NCBI GenBank assembly: GCA_963727625.1
Contig: CAVSHR010000005.1
Span: 960,001 to 1,024,000, forward strand
Direction: 5' to 3'
From: an uncultured delta proteobacterium
Lineage (GTDB): Bacteria > Desulfobacterota > Binatia > UBA9968
Length of the DNA stretch: 64,000 bases
The position numbers and the translations under genes are program-made. The notes under the pieces were generated by a model. The model did not search any database. It was given only the letters and a program-made list of their open reading frames with translations, and was not told the DNA's origin. Of this stretch, positions 39,672 to 49,377 are shown one piece after another. Each line of letters opens with the position of its first letter. Position 1 is the stretch's first letter.

Positions 39672-39811
39672 GCTCCTCTTTTCAGAACTTGGCGTGCTTT
39701 GCGCGTATCGTCGCTTTTCAAAATTCGTAATCCAAGTTTCAACTGCAAATCATATTCCCAGCTAGCTTTTCATTTTCGCCATGAACGGCAGAAACGCCTG
39801 GCTCGGTTTAC

Positions 39812-40411
39812 CTATCCGCGCCCATGAAATATTGACTTGCCTTCAGTCCGTTCCAGGTACCGCGCAAACCGGTACTTCGTTTCCAATAAATCTACATTGC
39901 TCCTGGTGATCTTGCGGTGGCCGACGCTCTCTTCGATCTTGCAGACCACGAAGCGCAGGCCGTTTTCGTTGAGCGCCGCGGTCGCCTCACGCTTGAAGTC
40001 AGCCAGCTCGGACACCGTTACCGAATGCTCGATACCCGATCCTCTGGCCACCGCCGCCAGGTCGGTTTTCCCTGCCGTCGCGCTCGGATAGCTGATTCTC
40101 GTGCCGCTGTAGGCTTGGTTATCGAAAACAAAGACGGCCAGGTTGGACGGATCAAGATTGGCCAGCGTGGGCAAATTGAATAAAGAGAGCAAAACGCTGC
40201 CGTCGGACTCAAAGACAAAAACCTTCCGGTGCGGCAAAGCGAGCGCGAGGCCGATCCCCACGGCGAGCGCATTGCCCATGGAGCCGAGATTCAAATCCGC
40301 CTCCCGCTTGGAGAGATGTCCCCACTCCACCCGCTGCCCGCTCAGCGAGGTAACAACGATCTGGTCGGTCATTTGCGGCGCCAGCCATTCAAAACAATCG
40401 TAACGAATCAT
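39812..40411 (-). CDS. ComE-like TPP-binding subunit #3
   Basis: LGSMG, ESDGS...FDNQAYSGT. Confidence 0.85.
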   Translation of the reverse strand: MIRYDCFEWLAPQMTDQIVVTSLSGQRVEWGHLSKREADLNLGSMGNALAVGIGLALALPHRKVFVFESDGSVLLSLFNLPTLANLDPSNLAVFVFDNQAYSGTRISYPSATAGKTDLAAVARGSGIEHSVTVSELADFKREATAALNENGLRFVVCKIEESVGHRKITRSNVDLLETKYRFARYLERTEGKSIFHGRG

Positions 40412-40914
40412 AGGGTAAAATCCTCCGTGAATAGCAGCGCAAACGGCTGTTTGAGCGCGTTCATCGTGCGCACCGCGTTTTTGATTTTCCGATCGAGGCC
40501 GTCGCCGTTACGGATAACCTGATATTGAACGTCCAGCGCTTCGAGCTGAGGGATCAACTTGATGCCGCGCTGGACATAAAGAAAGCTGTTTCGATGATCT
40601 TCAAAACTGCCGACGTAACTCACCAATAAAAGCATCGGAACGCCGTAGCGCACGCCGACGGTCAGAATATTGTAACAAGACACGTAAACACCGGTTCCCT
40701 CCATGTAGCTCGCGACATTCTTTCCACCCAGCGCGGCTCCCGCGGCGATCGACACACCTTCGGCCTCGCTGCCGACGGGCACCAACTGAAAAGAATGATC
40801 GGCATGCATGACCGGCAAAATTTGACTCAGCCGGGTCTCGGGCAAATAAGTGACAAAATTTACGCCCGCTTCCCGCAACGCGTGCACCAGACCTTGCGCA
40901 AGGGCGTTATCCAT
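40408..40914 (-). CDS. ComD-like subunit #4
   Basis: TYLPETRL, SEAEGV, YMEGTG. Confidence 0.85.
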   Translation of the reverse strand: MDNALAQGLVHALREAGVNFVTYLPETRLSQILPVMHADHSFQLVPVGSEAEGVSIAAGAALGGKNVASYMEGTGVYVSCYNILTVGVRYGVPMLLLVSYVGSFEDHRNSFLYVQRGIKLIPQLEALDVQYQVIRNGDGLDRKIKNAVRTMNALKQPFALLFTEDFTL

Positions 40915-40916
40915 TT

Positions 40917-41921
40917 CTATCTGACCTTTCCTTTATAGAGAGCGTCGATGTAACCGCTGTCGTCGAGCTCCTTGATAAAACGCGCATCGACAAAATCCTG
41001 CGGACGCGCTGCTTTGGCCTTGGGATTGTCATTGGCAATGGCGTCGAGCACGGTCTGAATCCCGGTCAGGGTCGGATACTGTTTGCGCGGATACTTTTGA
41101 TCGGTCGCCGAAAGCTCGTAACTTTTTTCCAGGATGTCCCGGTCTTTTGTCCGCCGCAGATACTTCGCCAGCACCGCCACGCTAGTCTTGCGGTCGGTTT
41201 TCATGAGATGCACCGCCTCGACCTGCGATTTGACATATCGCTTCACCGTGTCCCTGTTGTCCCGGATATAATGGCGCGAGGTGGCGATGCCATTGTGCAG
41301 AAACGGCAAGCCTAGGGCGCCGACATCCGCCAGCTGGTGAAAGCCTTCCCTTTCCGCGACGATACTGGTCGGAGGACTGAGAAGGGTTGCTTGCAATTGC
41401 TTGTTACGAAGAGCGATGAGCCGTTCCGGCGTCCCGCCCACCACGATGTATTTGACGTCCCTCGGCTTCAAGCCGAGTTTCTCCAGGGCGAATTCCGTGG
41501 CCACCAGCGACGCGCCGCGAATCGAGGCGAGCCCGATGATACCGCCTCGGAGCCGCTCCGGCGTTTTAATTTCCGGTTGGCTTAGGAAAATAAAATCCAG
41601 CGTCGCCATGCCGCCGGCCACATAAGCCAGATCCGACCCCCTGAGGCCGCTCTCGATCACCGTCGGGCCCGAAGCCTGAATGAAATCGAGATCGCCCGAC
41701 AGCAAGGCCAGTACGCCGATGGTGCTGCGCGTCCGCACCAGCTCCGCTTCCAATCCGTTTCGAGCAAATATTCCGGCGTCTTTTGCCAACCAGGTTGCCA
41801 GAGAGCCCGGCGCGTCGGAGCTGTAGCCGACCCTGATTTTCTTAGACTGAGCCCATGAGCCGGCGGGACACAAAACGCCGGTTAGGAAGAACAGCGAGAT
41901 CAATACATTGGCTAGGATCAC
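40917..41921 (-). CDS. NMT1/SsuA-type substrate-binding protein
   Basis: Signal peptide; KIRVGY, AKDAGIFARNGL, YPTLTGIQTVL, ELDDSGYI. Confidence 0.88.
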   Translation of the reverse strand: MILANVLISLFFLTGVLCPAGSWAQSKKIRVGYSSDAPGSLATWLAKDAGIFARNGLEAELVRTRSTIGVLALLSGDLDFIQASGPTVIESGLRGSDLAYVAGGMATLDFIFLSQPEIKTPERLRGGIIGLASIRGASLVATEFALEKLGLKPRDVKYIVVGGTPERLIALRNKQLQATLLSPPTSIVAEREGFHQLADVGALGLPFLHNGIATSRHYIRDNRDTVKRYVKSQVEAVHLMKTDRKTSVAVLAKYLRRTKDRDILEKSYELSATDQKYPRKQYPTLTGIQTVLDAIANDNPKAKAARPQDFVDARFIKELDDSGYIDALYKGKVR

Positions 41922-41986
41922 CTGATGAAGCCTCCTTGGTGCTACTGTGGCACTGCTACGGGCAACGCCACCGTTAATAATTTGGG

Positions 41987-43645
41987 CTAATCGTTTTTCT
42001 TGTCTACTTGCTTCTTGAGCTTCTCAAGCTCATCGGCGAGATACTTCTTCTTGAGGTCCATGAATTTAGCTCCCCGAGGCACTTTGATCCCCTTGCGGGC
42101 GCTAAATTCAGCGTTGAGGCTATGATTTCCCGCCACCGCGTTGTCGGCCTGAATGACCGCTTCATTGGGCCACATGCCGAGCGAATAGCCCCACCACGGC
42201 GGGCGCGGATTCAATTTCGGCAACTCAAGCTCCTCCCAGATCTCCCGCGCCCGTTCCATATACGGCCGTTTCGGCAGAGCAACCGGCGGAAATTCCGCCT
42301 TCAAAGTCGCGTCCACCAGCAACGTTGAATCGGTCACGTCATAGTGCTCGCCGTCGGCGACGTAGCGAATCGGATTCCAAGGGAGCGGCCGGTTGGGCAC
42401 AATTCTCATGTCCCGATGGGGCTGGCACCGGTTGGCCATCGCCCATAAGAGCGACTGCGCATCGTGCGGGTCGATGTCTTCGTCGACGCAAACGATGATC
42501 TTGTGAATGACCCGCGACGGCAGCAGCCCTTCGAGCGCGCGCCAGGTGTCATCCGGTTTTTGTTTTTTGAGCTGGATCACCGCTACCTGCCGGTTGAGCA
42601 GGTCTTCGTAAAGCGCGACTCGCCGCGCGTCGACTCCGACATCTTTGATCAAATGATTTAGCGCGAGAGTTTCGTAAGCGGACTGTTTGATCTTGCTCGA
42701 CTCGCTCGGGGTGAGCTGGCTGATCATCGAAACGTAAATGGGATTTTTTCGGTGCGTGATACAAGTCACTTCAAAAACCCCGTTTAAATCCCCTGGATCG
42801 AGATAGCCGTGCGCTTCGCCGAAGGGACCGTCGGGCTCCAAATAGTCCCAAGGAATTTTACCTTCGATGACGATATCCGCGTGGGCCGGGACTTCGAGAT
42901 TCACCGTCTTGCAGCGGACCATTTCCAGAGGACCACGCGCCAAACCGCCAGCCAGCGCAATTTCGTCGACGCCGTAGGGCACCGGCTGAACCGCCGCATA
43001 GGTGATGCAAGGCGGGCCGCCGATGACGATAGCCGCGTCCAGAGGAATGCCTCGTTCGTTGCATTTCTCCCAGTGGATCGCCGTGTGTTTGAGGCTGCCC
43101 CACATGATCCCGGTCTTGAGCGGGCCCTTAATCTGCCCGCGGTAAACTCCCATGTTTCTAACCCCGGTGTCAGGATCTTTGGTGATCCAGCAGCCGGCGG
43201 TCAAATAAGGCGCATTGTCGAAGCCGGGCGTGGAGATGGGAATCGGCAATTTGTATAACCCGCCGGAACGGATCAGCTCGTCGCCTTGATAGACGACTTC
43301 CTGAACCGGCCCTTCTTTGACCAGAATCGGATCGATCGGGCGTTCCAGAGCTTTGGTCCAAATCTCTTCCACCTCTTCTTCTTTGCACATCAGACCGAGC
43401 GCATAGATTCGCTGTGAAGCCGCCAATCCGCCGATTAGCACGGGGATGTCGTATTTTTTGCCCTTGGCGTCGTGGATATCCTCGAAAAAAAATGCTCGCC
43501 GTTGCGCCTCGTCCAGGCCGCGAAATTGCCAGCGCACCAACGGGTGCATCTCGGTGTCTTTGTCGATCGGTCGCGTGACTCGGAAGAGCAAGCCCTCCTG
43601 CTCGAGAGCTTGCAAATATTCACGAAGGTTCTTGTAATAAACCAT
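41987..43645 (-). CDS. UbiD-family (prFMN-dependent) decarboxylase #1
   Basis: NLREYL..LE, RNMGVYR, ADIVIEG, DGPFGEAHGY, VDEDIDP. Confidence 0.92.
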   Translation of the reverse strand: MVYYKNLREYLQALEQEGLLFRVTRPIDKDTEMHPLVRWQFRGLDEAQRRAFFFEDIHDAKGKKYDIPVLIGGLAASQRIYALGLMCKEEEVEEIWTKALERPIDPILVKEGPVQEVVYQGDELIRSGGLYKLPIPISTPGFDNAPYLTAGCWITKDPDTGVRNMGVYRGQIKGPLKTGIMWGSLKHTAIHWEKCNERGIPLDAAIVIGGPPCITYAAVQPVPYGVDEIALAGGLARGPLEMVRCKTVNLEVPAHADIVIEGKIPWDYLEPDGPFGEAHGYLDPGDLNGVFEVTCITHRKNPIYVSMISQLTPSESSKIKQSAYETLALNHLIKDVGVDARRVALYEDLLNRQVAVIQLKKQKPDDTWRALEGLLPSRVIHKIIVCVDEDIDPHDAQSLLWAMANRCQPHRDMRIVPNRPLPWNPIRYVADGEHYDVTDSTLLVDATLKAEFPPVALPKRPYMERAREIWEELELPKLNPRPPWWGYSLGMWPNEAVIQADNAVAGNHSLNAEFSARKGIKVPRGAKFMDLKKKYLADELEKLKKQVDKKND

Positions 43646-43712
43646 TAATAATTTCCCTCGATGTGGCGGTTAAAAATCCGTCCTTAGGGGTTGCGCTCAT
43701 TTTGCACCGTTA

Positions 43713-44603
43713 TTACTGCCCAAGAATCCCCGCGTCCCTCAGCTCGCGCTCCAACTTGGTGATTTCCTCTGTGGGCATCTGCTCGGTCTCCCACTTGGGA
43801 AATCGTTTCACCGCGAAACCGCGCATGCGGAAAACCTCTTGCAACGGCACCCGGCCATATTGACGCAGGCGGGCCGCGACGATCCGCGCCGCTGCATCGA
43901 CACGCTTTTGCGCCTCCACCGCGCGCGCGTAATCTTTGCTGTCCAATGCGTTGAACAGATCTACGCAGAGTTCGGGAACAAAACTGGTCGGCGGATTGAT
44001 CATGCCGGCGACGCCGAACGGCACCAGGCCGAACAAATCCGCGTTGCCGGTGAACACCGAAACATCGGGCAAGAGCCTGACGTACTCGAGCAGCGCGCCC
44101 TGGCCGTAGGCGACCTTGATACCTTTGAGCGCCGGCACCTGCTCTTTCATACGCACGGCCAAGCCCGGCGGAATCGAGATGCCGGAATATTTTGGATTCT
44201 CGTAGATGTAGATCGGCAGCGGCACCGCTTGATGTACGGCTCTGTAGTGGGCGATGATTTCATATTCCGTGTGATCGGAATAATAATACGGCGGCACGAT
44301 TGCCACCGCGTCGGCATTGTGCGCCGCCGCATGCTCCGCCAGCTCCACCGCGCTGCCGGTATCGGCGGTGCCGACGTGGATGATCACGGGCACGCGCGAT
44401 TTGGCCTGATCGAGCGCGATGGCGGCCGCTTGTTTACGCTCTTCGACAGTCATCGCCGGCCCCTGGCCGGTGGAGCCGAGAACGAATAGGCCCTGCACGC
44501 CGGCTTTGATGTGAAAGTCGACGAGTTGGCGCATCATTTGTTCATCGACGCGAACCTTCTCGTCGAACGGCGTAATAACCGGCAACAACACTCCGCGAAT
44601 CAT
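43713..44603 (-). CDS. DHDPS/N-acetylneuraminate lyase-family aldolase
   Basis: ITPFD, GSTGQ, PPYY, YENP, GIK Schiff-base lysine. Confidence 0.9.
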   Translation of the reverse strand: MIRGVLLPVITPFDEKVRVDEQMMRQLVDFHIKAGVQGLFVLGSTGQGPAMTVEERKQAAAIALDQAKSRVPVIIHVGTADTGSAVELAEHAAAHNADAVAIVPPYYYSDHTEYEIIAHYRAVHQAVPLPIYIYENPKYSGISIPPGLAVRMKEQVPALKGIKVAYGQGALLEYVRLLPDVSVFTGNADLFGLVPFGVAGMINPPTSFVPELCVDLFNALDSKDYARAVEAQKRVDAAARIVAARLRQYGRVPLQEVFRMRGFAVKRFPKWETEQMPTEEITKLERELRDAGILGQ

Positions 44604-44740
44604 CTTTGCCTCCCCATCATCGTGCTAATGACTTAGATCCTTCACTTCGTTCAGAATGGCACCCGATCCAAAGGTTACTCCGAAAAGCCAAGCGACGAAG
44701 CATCTACCCTCCTGTTAAATCTTTGGCCAAACTTCACGTC

Positions 44741-45979
44741 CTATTTTGTTTCCTTCACCCGCACGCCAACCTGTGTCTCCAAACGATGGAGTTCGCTCGC
44801 CCGGTTTTTCTCGGCAATCCCTTTGGGCCGGCCGCCGTTCAGCGCCGTCTCGATGGCGTCGAGAACGATCTTACGAAATTTGATGACGCCGCGATCGGAA
44901 ACTCCCAGCTGCTCGCCGCGATCGCCAAGCAAGCCCTGCGTCCCTTGAGTCACCAGATCTTCTTTTCGAACGTTGCCTTTGTAGGGCATGAACTTGCGCT
45001 TGTCGTACGGCATCACGTTCTGCACCGGCGTTTCCTTGGCGCGCAGTGCTTTGAGTTTCTCGAAAAAATTCTCTTCCGGACCCCGGTAATTGTCCGCGGT
45101 AAAAAGCATGAAGTGGTCGTCATCGTTGGGCGTGACAAACATCCAATGTTCGCACTGGGAACCCTCCTTGATCAGCGCCGCCGCGTCGACTTTCGCGTGG
45201 ACGAATTCCGTATCGCCGACCTGAACGATGCTCGGCAGCGCCAGACTCATTTCGTCGACGAACTCCGTGCCCGGTTCGGGACCGGGCTTGGTCATGACTA
45301 CTTTCATGCCGTAATCCATCTCGACGAACTCGAAGTGCGGCATTTCCGCAATACTAAAAAACTGATTGCCCCAGGATTGCCGGCCGTAGCCGGCATTGCG
45401 GTGAAGAATGCAGACATGCGCGGGGTCCGCGGAGTTTTCGAAGAAATTGAACCAGTTGTATTCAGCGTGACGCACGGGCTCGACCTGCCATTGGCCGGTG
45501 CGTTCGACCAGCGGCGCGTAGTTGGGCAGGGTCGGCGGGTCGTCTCTATTCGGCCCCATGTAAGCGAAGACCAAACCACCCAATTCTTTGACGGGATAGG
45601 ACAGGTGCTTCACCTTTTGGCAGAATTTGCTGTCCTTCGGCTCCGCGGGCATTTCCATACATTGGCCGTCAACGTTGAACAGCCAGCCGTGATATGGACA
45701 GCGTAAGCCACCATCTTCGATATCACCGTACTCCAACGACGCACCGCGATGCGGGCAGTGCTCACCGAGCAATCCGAGCTTGCCAAACTCATCGCGGAAT
45801 AAGATCAAATTCTCGCCCAGCACCTTTACCGCTTGCGGAATATCGTAGAGATCTTGCGCCGTACCGACGACGACCCAGTAGCGGCGAAACCATTCGCCGC
45901 AGGGCGTACCCGGCCCGACATGCGGAATATCCGCAAGCGCCACTTTCGTGTTTTTTCTTTTCACAACTATTTTCGCCAC
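44741..45979 (-). CDS. Rieske oxygenase alpha subunit #3
   Basis: Probable GTG start at 45979; CPHRGAS...CPYHGW; ENSADPAH..LH; EDLVTQGTQG. Confidence 0.9.
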   Translation of the reverse strand: MAKIVVKRKNTKVALADIPHVGPGTPCGEWFRRYWVVVGTAQDLYDIPQAVKVLGENLILFRDEFGKLGLLGEHCPHRGASLEYGDIEDGGLRCPYHGWLFNVDGQCMEMPAEPKDSKFCQKVKHLSYPVKELGGLVFAYMGPNRDDPPTLPNYAPLVERTGQWQVEPVRHAEYNWFNFFENSADPAHVCILHRNAGYGRQSWGNQFFSIAEMPHFEFVEMDYGMKVVMTKPGPEPGTEFVDEMSLALPSIVQVGDTEFVHAKVDAAALIKEGSQCEHWMFVTPNDDDHFMLFTADNYRGPEENFFEKLKALRAKETPVQNVMPYDKRKFMPYKGNVRKEDLVTQGTQGLLGDRGEQLGVSDRGVIKFRKIVLDAIETALNGGRPKGIAEKNRASELHRLETQVGVRVKETK

Positions 45980-46012
45980 GGACCTTTTCCTCTCTTGCGC
46001 TCTTCTTACGGC

Positions 46013-46048
46013 TTGAACGATTTGAACGTCTTGAACTACTTGAACCGT
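46013..46048. repeat. Short tandem repeat, 4 x 9 bp (TTGAACnnn)
   Basis: ttgaacgat ttgaacgtc ttgaactac ttgaaccgt in the intergenic spacer. Confidence 0.8.
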
Positions 46049-46056
46049 TTCGTCGG

Positions 46057-47433
46057 TTATTTGAACCCGTATTCCTGCCAGCGGCGCAAAACCGTTTGGC
46101 GCAGGGAGTCGATCGGCTCCGCCACTTCGCCGCGAAAGTTCTCTTTTATCGTCAGATCGAGCATCAGCTTTGACGTCAGCCCGTTCACCGTCGCCGACGG
46201 CTCCAGCGAGCTGGTGATGCTGCGCGGGATGACGAACATGTCGGTCGCCGGCTGGAATCGGGTGGTCAGCGCCCACAGCACCTCGTTGGGATCTTCGAGG
46301 TTGATGTCCTCGTCGACGACGATCACGTGCTTCCATTTGCCGCTGCGGGTGTAAAGCGACGCCGCCAGAACGTTGTTGACGATGCCCGGTCTCATCAAAC
46401 GCTTTTCCAGTTGGAGGATTAAGACAATCGAAACACCCCACGGCGGAGCGTAGGCTTTTTTTATAGCCGGATAGGCCGGTTTTAATTCTTGATAGGCCGC
46501 GACGGCGTAGGTCAGCGCGTCGACGTAGAGATGCTCGTGCGGCGGCTTGCCGAGCCAGATATTGTGATAGATAGGATTTTTGCGGTGAGTGACCGCCTTG
46601 ATCGTCATGATTCTTTCGTTGGGAACCTGCGCCGTGGTGTAGCCGCAGAATTCGCCGAACGGACCCTCGTCGCCGGTTTTCGCCGGAACCGTCAACTCGC
46701 CTTCGAGGACGATCTCGGCGAGCGCCGGAACTTCCAGGTCGATCGTCCGGCATTTCACGACATCGACCGGCGCGCCGGCCAGCCCGCCGGCGATCTCCAG
46801 CTCGTAGACGCCGGCCCGCGGCTCGAACTGGGAAGCGACGTAGACCGCCGGCGGCACGCCGATGCAGACCGCCACTTCGAATTTTTTCTGGCCGCGCTTC
46901 TCGGCGTTCTTGATGAAATCGTGGCCGTCGTGGCCGGGCGTGAAGCGGATGGTCACTTCATTGCTCGACACCAGCATCATCCGGTAGATCGCGAGGTTGT
47001 TGCCGTATTCGGGATCTTTGATGATCACGTGGCCAGCCGTGATGTAGGGCCCGCCATCGCGCGGGTTGTTCGTGCAAATCGGCAGCTTGGTCAAATCGAC
47101 GTCGGCGCCTTCGAAGACCGTTTCTTGGCACGCGCCTTGGGAAACCCGGCGCGGCGCAATCGGATGGCTGGCTCGCTGCACGGTTTCGTCGAAAACGTTT
47201 TCTTGCGACAGGCCAAGCGCCAAGGCCACGCGCCGATCGCTCGCCAATAGTTGACCGACCACCGGAATGTTGTGGCCTTTGATGTTCTCGAACAATAGCG
47301 CCGGACTGTTTGGCCGCTCGTTGTGAATCTTGCAAATCGCGCCGAGCTCATATTTGGGATCGACTTCGATCTTGATTTTTTGGAGCTCGTGCTCTTCTTC
47401 CAAAACCTTGAGAAATTCCCGTAAATCCATCAT
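46057..47433 (-). CDS. UbiD-family decarboxylase #2
   Basis: DLREFL..LE, LLFENIKG, NLAIYR, EGPFGEFCGY, VVDEDI. Confidence 0.93.
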   Translation of the reverse strand: MMDLREFLKVLEEEHELQKIKIEVDPKYELGAICKIHNERPNSPALLFENIKGHNIPVVGQLLASDRRVALALGLSQENVFDETVQRASHPIAPRRVSQGACQETVFEGADVDLTKLPICTNNPRDGGPYITAGHVIIKDPEYGNNLAIYRMMLVSSNEVTIRFTPGHDGHDFIKNAEKRGQKKFEVAVCIGVPPAVYVASQFEPRAGVYELEIAGGLAGAPVDVVKCRTIDLEVPALAEIVLEGELTVPAKTGDEGPFGEFCGYTTAQVPNERIMTIKAVTHRKNPIYHNIWLGKPPHEHLYVDALTYAVAAYQELKPAYPAIKKAYAPPWGVSIVLILQLEKRLMRPGIVNNVLAASLYTRSGKWKHVIVVDEDINLEDPNEVLWALTTRFQPATDMFVIPRSITSSLEPSATVNGLTSKLMLDLTIKENFRGEVAEPIDSLRQTVLRRWQEYGFK

Positions 47434-47499
47434 GCGTAGTTCGCTCCCGTAAGAACATCCACAGCTAACTCCGAATAAGATGCGAGGGCCGAGCGTTAA

Positions 47500-48384
47500 T
47501 TAATTCACCAGCGAGCAGCGCGACTCGAATCCTAACATTCCTTTAGCCTTAGTTATGCTGTAGCCGCTGTGACAACCGTCCAGTCCACCGCGCAGGTCTT
47601 TGACCCCCGGTAAATACCTGGCGATCAATTCTCGCGTCGGCGTGTCCATGATCGTTGTCGATGCGCAGATATTGAAGGGCTCATGGCCTGTGAAATTCGC
47701 TTCAAGCGCCAGCCGGCAGGCGTGCGCGGCGTCGCGCGCATCGATATAGCTCCACAGCGCGCCGTTGCCTCGGATCGCGGGATTTTTCCGCCGTTCCAGC
47801 AGCATCGGCCGATGCGCTTCCGTGTAAACACCGGCAAATCGCAGACTGGCGATTTGCGCGCCGCTTTTCTGCGCCAAGGCGTCACAGAGCTGCTCGCCGA
47901 CGAGCTTGGTCAAGCCGTAAGGGTCTTGCGGCCTTCGCGCATGACCTTCATCGACAGGAAGATAATCGGGCTGCAGTTCGATGGTCGGATAGTAGAAGCC
48001 GTACACCGCCAGGCTCGAACCGCAGACGACCCGCTTGATACCGCAGGCTTGCGCTGCGGCGAGCACGTTGTTGGTGACGGCGACGTTTTGATTGAACCGT
48101 TCGGCATCGCCGGCGATGTCGCTGAACTCCCACTGTTGCTTCGCCGCATTGAAACCGGTTTCCGTATAGTGGAAACGGATGCGGGCGAGATGCACCACCG
48201 CATCGATGTTCTTAAAATGATCGAGCAACGGAGCGAACTTGCCGAGGTCAACGGTGTGCGTCGGGCACAGACATTCCCGCGGTCTAACCGCGTCCAAAGA
48301 CGCTACGGCGTGACCATGCGTAAACAACTCGCGAATCACATACTGACCCAACCGTCCGGAACCGCCGGTGACAACGATCCGCAT
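47500..48384 (-). CDS. NAD-dependent epimerase/dehydratase (extended SDR)
   Basis: TGGSGRLG, YGLTK, YIDARDAA. Confidence 0.92.
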   Translation of the reverse strand: MRIVVTGGSGRLGQYVIRELFTHGHAVASLDAVRPRECLCPTHTVDLGKFAPLLDHFKNIDAVVHLARIRFHYTETGFNAAKQQWEFSDIAGDAERFNQNVAVTNNVLAAAQACGIKRVVCGSSLAVYGFYYPTIELQPDYLPVDEGHARRPQDPYGLTKLVGEQLCDALAQKSGAQIASLRFAGVYTEAHRPMLLERRKNPAIRGNGALWSYIDARDAAHACRLALEANFTGHEPFNICASTTIMDTPTRELIARYLPGVKDLRGGLDGCHSGYSITKAKGMLGFESRCSLVN

Positions 48385-48386
48385 GC

Positions 48387-49364
48387 CTAGCGCCCCAAGC
48401 TTTTAAACCAGCCGCTCTGCTCCAGTTCTTTCAATAGACTGTTATCGAAGAAGTCTCCTGCCTTGGCATCGCGCGCCGCTTTTGTGGGAATCTTCTTGAG
48501 GATCTCATCGATTCCTTCCGCGCGCACGTACGGAATTGGATCGCCGCTGTAACGCACGCCGTAAGTCTGATGAAGCTGGGCCAGCGTCTCGGTATCGGCG
48601 ACTTTGGTGTACTTCGACAGAACTTTCATGCTGAATTCCTTATCGGTGCGCAGCCGATGGAGCCCCCGGGTAAAGCCGCGCAGAAATCGCAGCGCCGTAT
48701 CCCGATTCGATTTGATGAAAGCCTGCGACGTTGAAAGCGGCGTATTGGGAAAAATGATTTTTAGCTGGCCGACATCGACCAGCTCGCGCAGGCCGGCCTT
48801 TGCCGCCTTGAAATTGCTCGGCGGCGAAAGCACTACCGCACTGAACACGCCGGCAACCAGCCCTGCCAGACCCTCGGGCATCCCGCCGGTCTGAACCACA
48901 GTGAGATCGCGGCGCTCCAGCCCCCAGCGCTTCAATGCCGCGTCCAATGCCCAATCGGTCGACCCGCCCAAGCGTGTCACGCCGACCTTTTTTCCTTTGA
49001 GGTCCGCCGCCTGCTTGATCTCCGGCCGCGACATGATCGAAAAAACCAGAGAATTACCGGTGTTGCCGATCAATAGGAGATCGGCGCCGCGCAACGACGC
49101 ATTGATCACCGGAACCGACGGCCCATAGGCAAACGGCACGTCTCCGCTTAGCATCGATTGAATCAAGAGTGAACCACCGCGAATGTAAAGCAACTCCACG
49201 TCGAGTCCTTCGCGTTTGAAATAACCGCCCTCCTTGGCCAACCACAGCGACGACATGGCACCGCTGATCGCGCTGTACGCCACCCGCAACGGCGCCGCAT
49301 CGACGCCACACACCGATAGTGTGAATGCCAGCAGGGTCGCCGCGAATACGCGTGAGAATTTCAT
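48387..49364 (-). CDS. NMT1/SsuA-type substrate-binding protein
   Basis: Signal peptide; AKEGGYFKREGLDVEL, DLKGKKVGVTRLGGSTD. Confidence 0.88.
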   Translation of the reverse strand: MKFSRVFAATLLAFTLSVCGVDAAPLRVAYSAISGAMSSLWLAKEGGYFKREGLDVELLYIRGGSLLIQSMLSGDVPFAYGPSVPVINASLRGADLLLIGNTGNSLVFSIMSRPEIKQAADLKGKKVGVTRLGGSTDWALDAALKRWGLERRDLTVVQTGGMPEGLAGLVAGVFSAVVLSPPSNFKAAKAGLRELVDVGQLKIIFPNTPLSTSQAFIKSNRDTALRFLRGFTRGLHRLRTDKEFSMKVLSKYTKVADTETLAQLHQTYGVRYSGDPIPYVRAEGIDEILKKIPTKAARDAKAGDFFDNSLLKELEQSGWFKSLGR

Positions 49365-49377
49365 GCAACCTTTCAAA

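Noticed and set aside
39672-39811. Decayed ComE gene or riboswitch in the spacer
   Set aside because: No ComE-like codons or recognisable TPP riboswitch core; it looks like a degenerate intergenic repeat but I cannot confirm that.
46013-46048. Possible CRISPR-like repeat
   Set aside because: Units are 9 bp with no spacers and no cas genes; no CRISPR array was seen in the window.
44741-46753. Apparent 670-aa Rieske fusion protein
   Set aside because: The N-terminal extension overlaps UbiD #2 in another frame; the Rieske gene starts near 45979.
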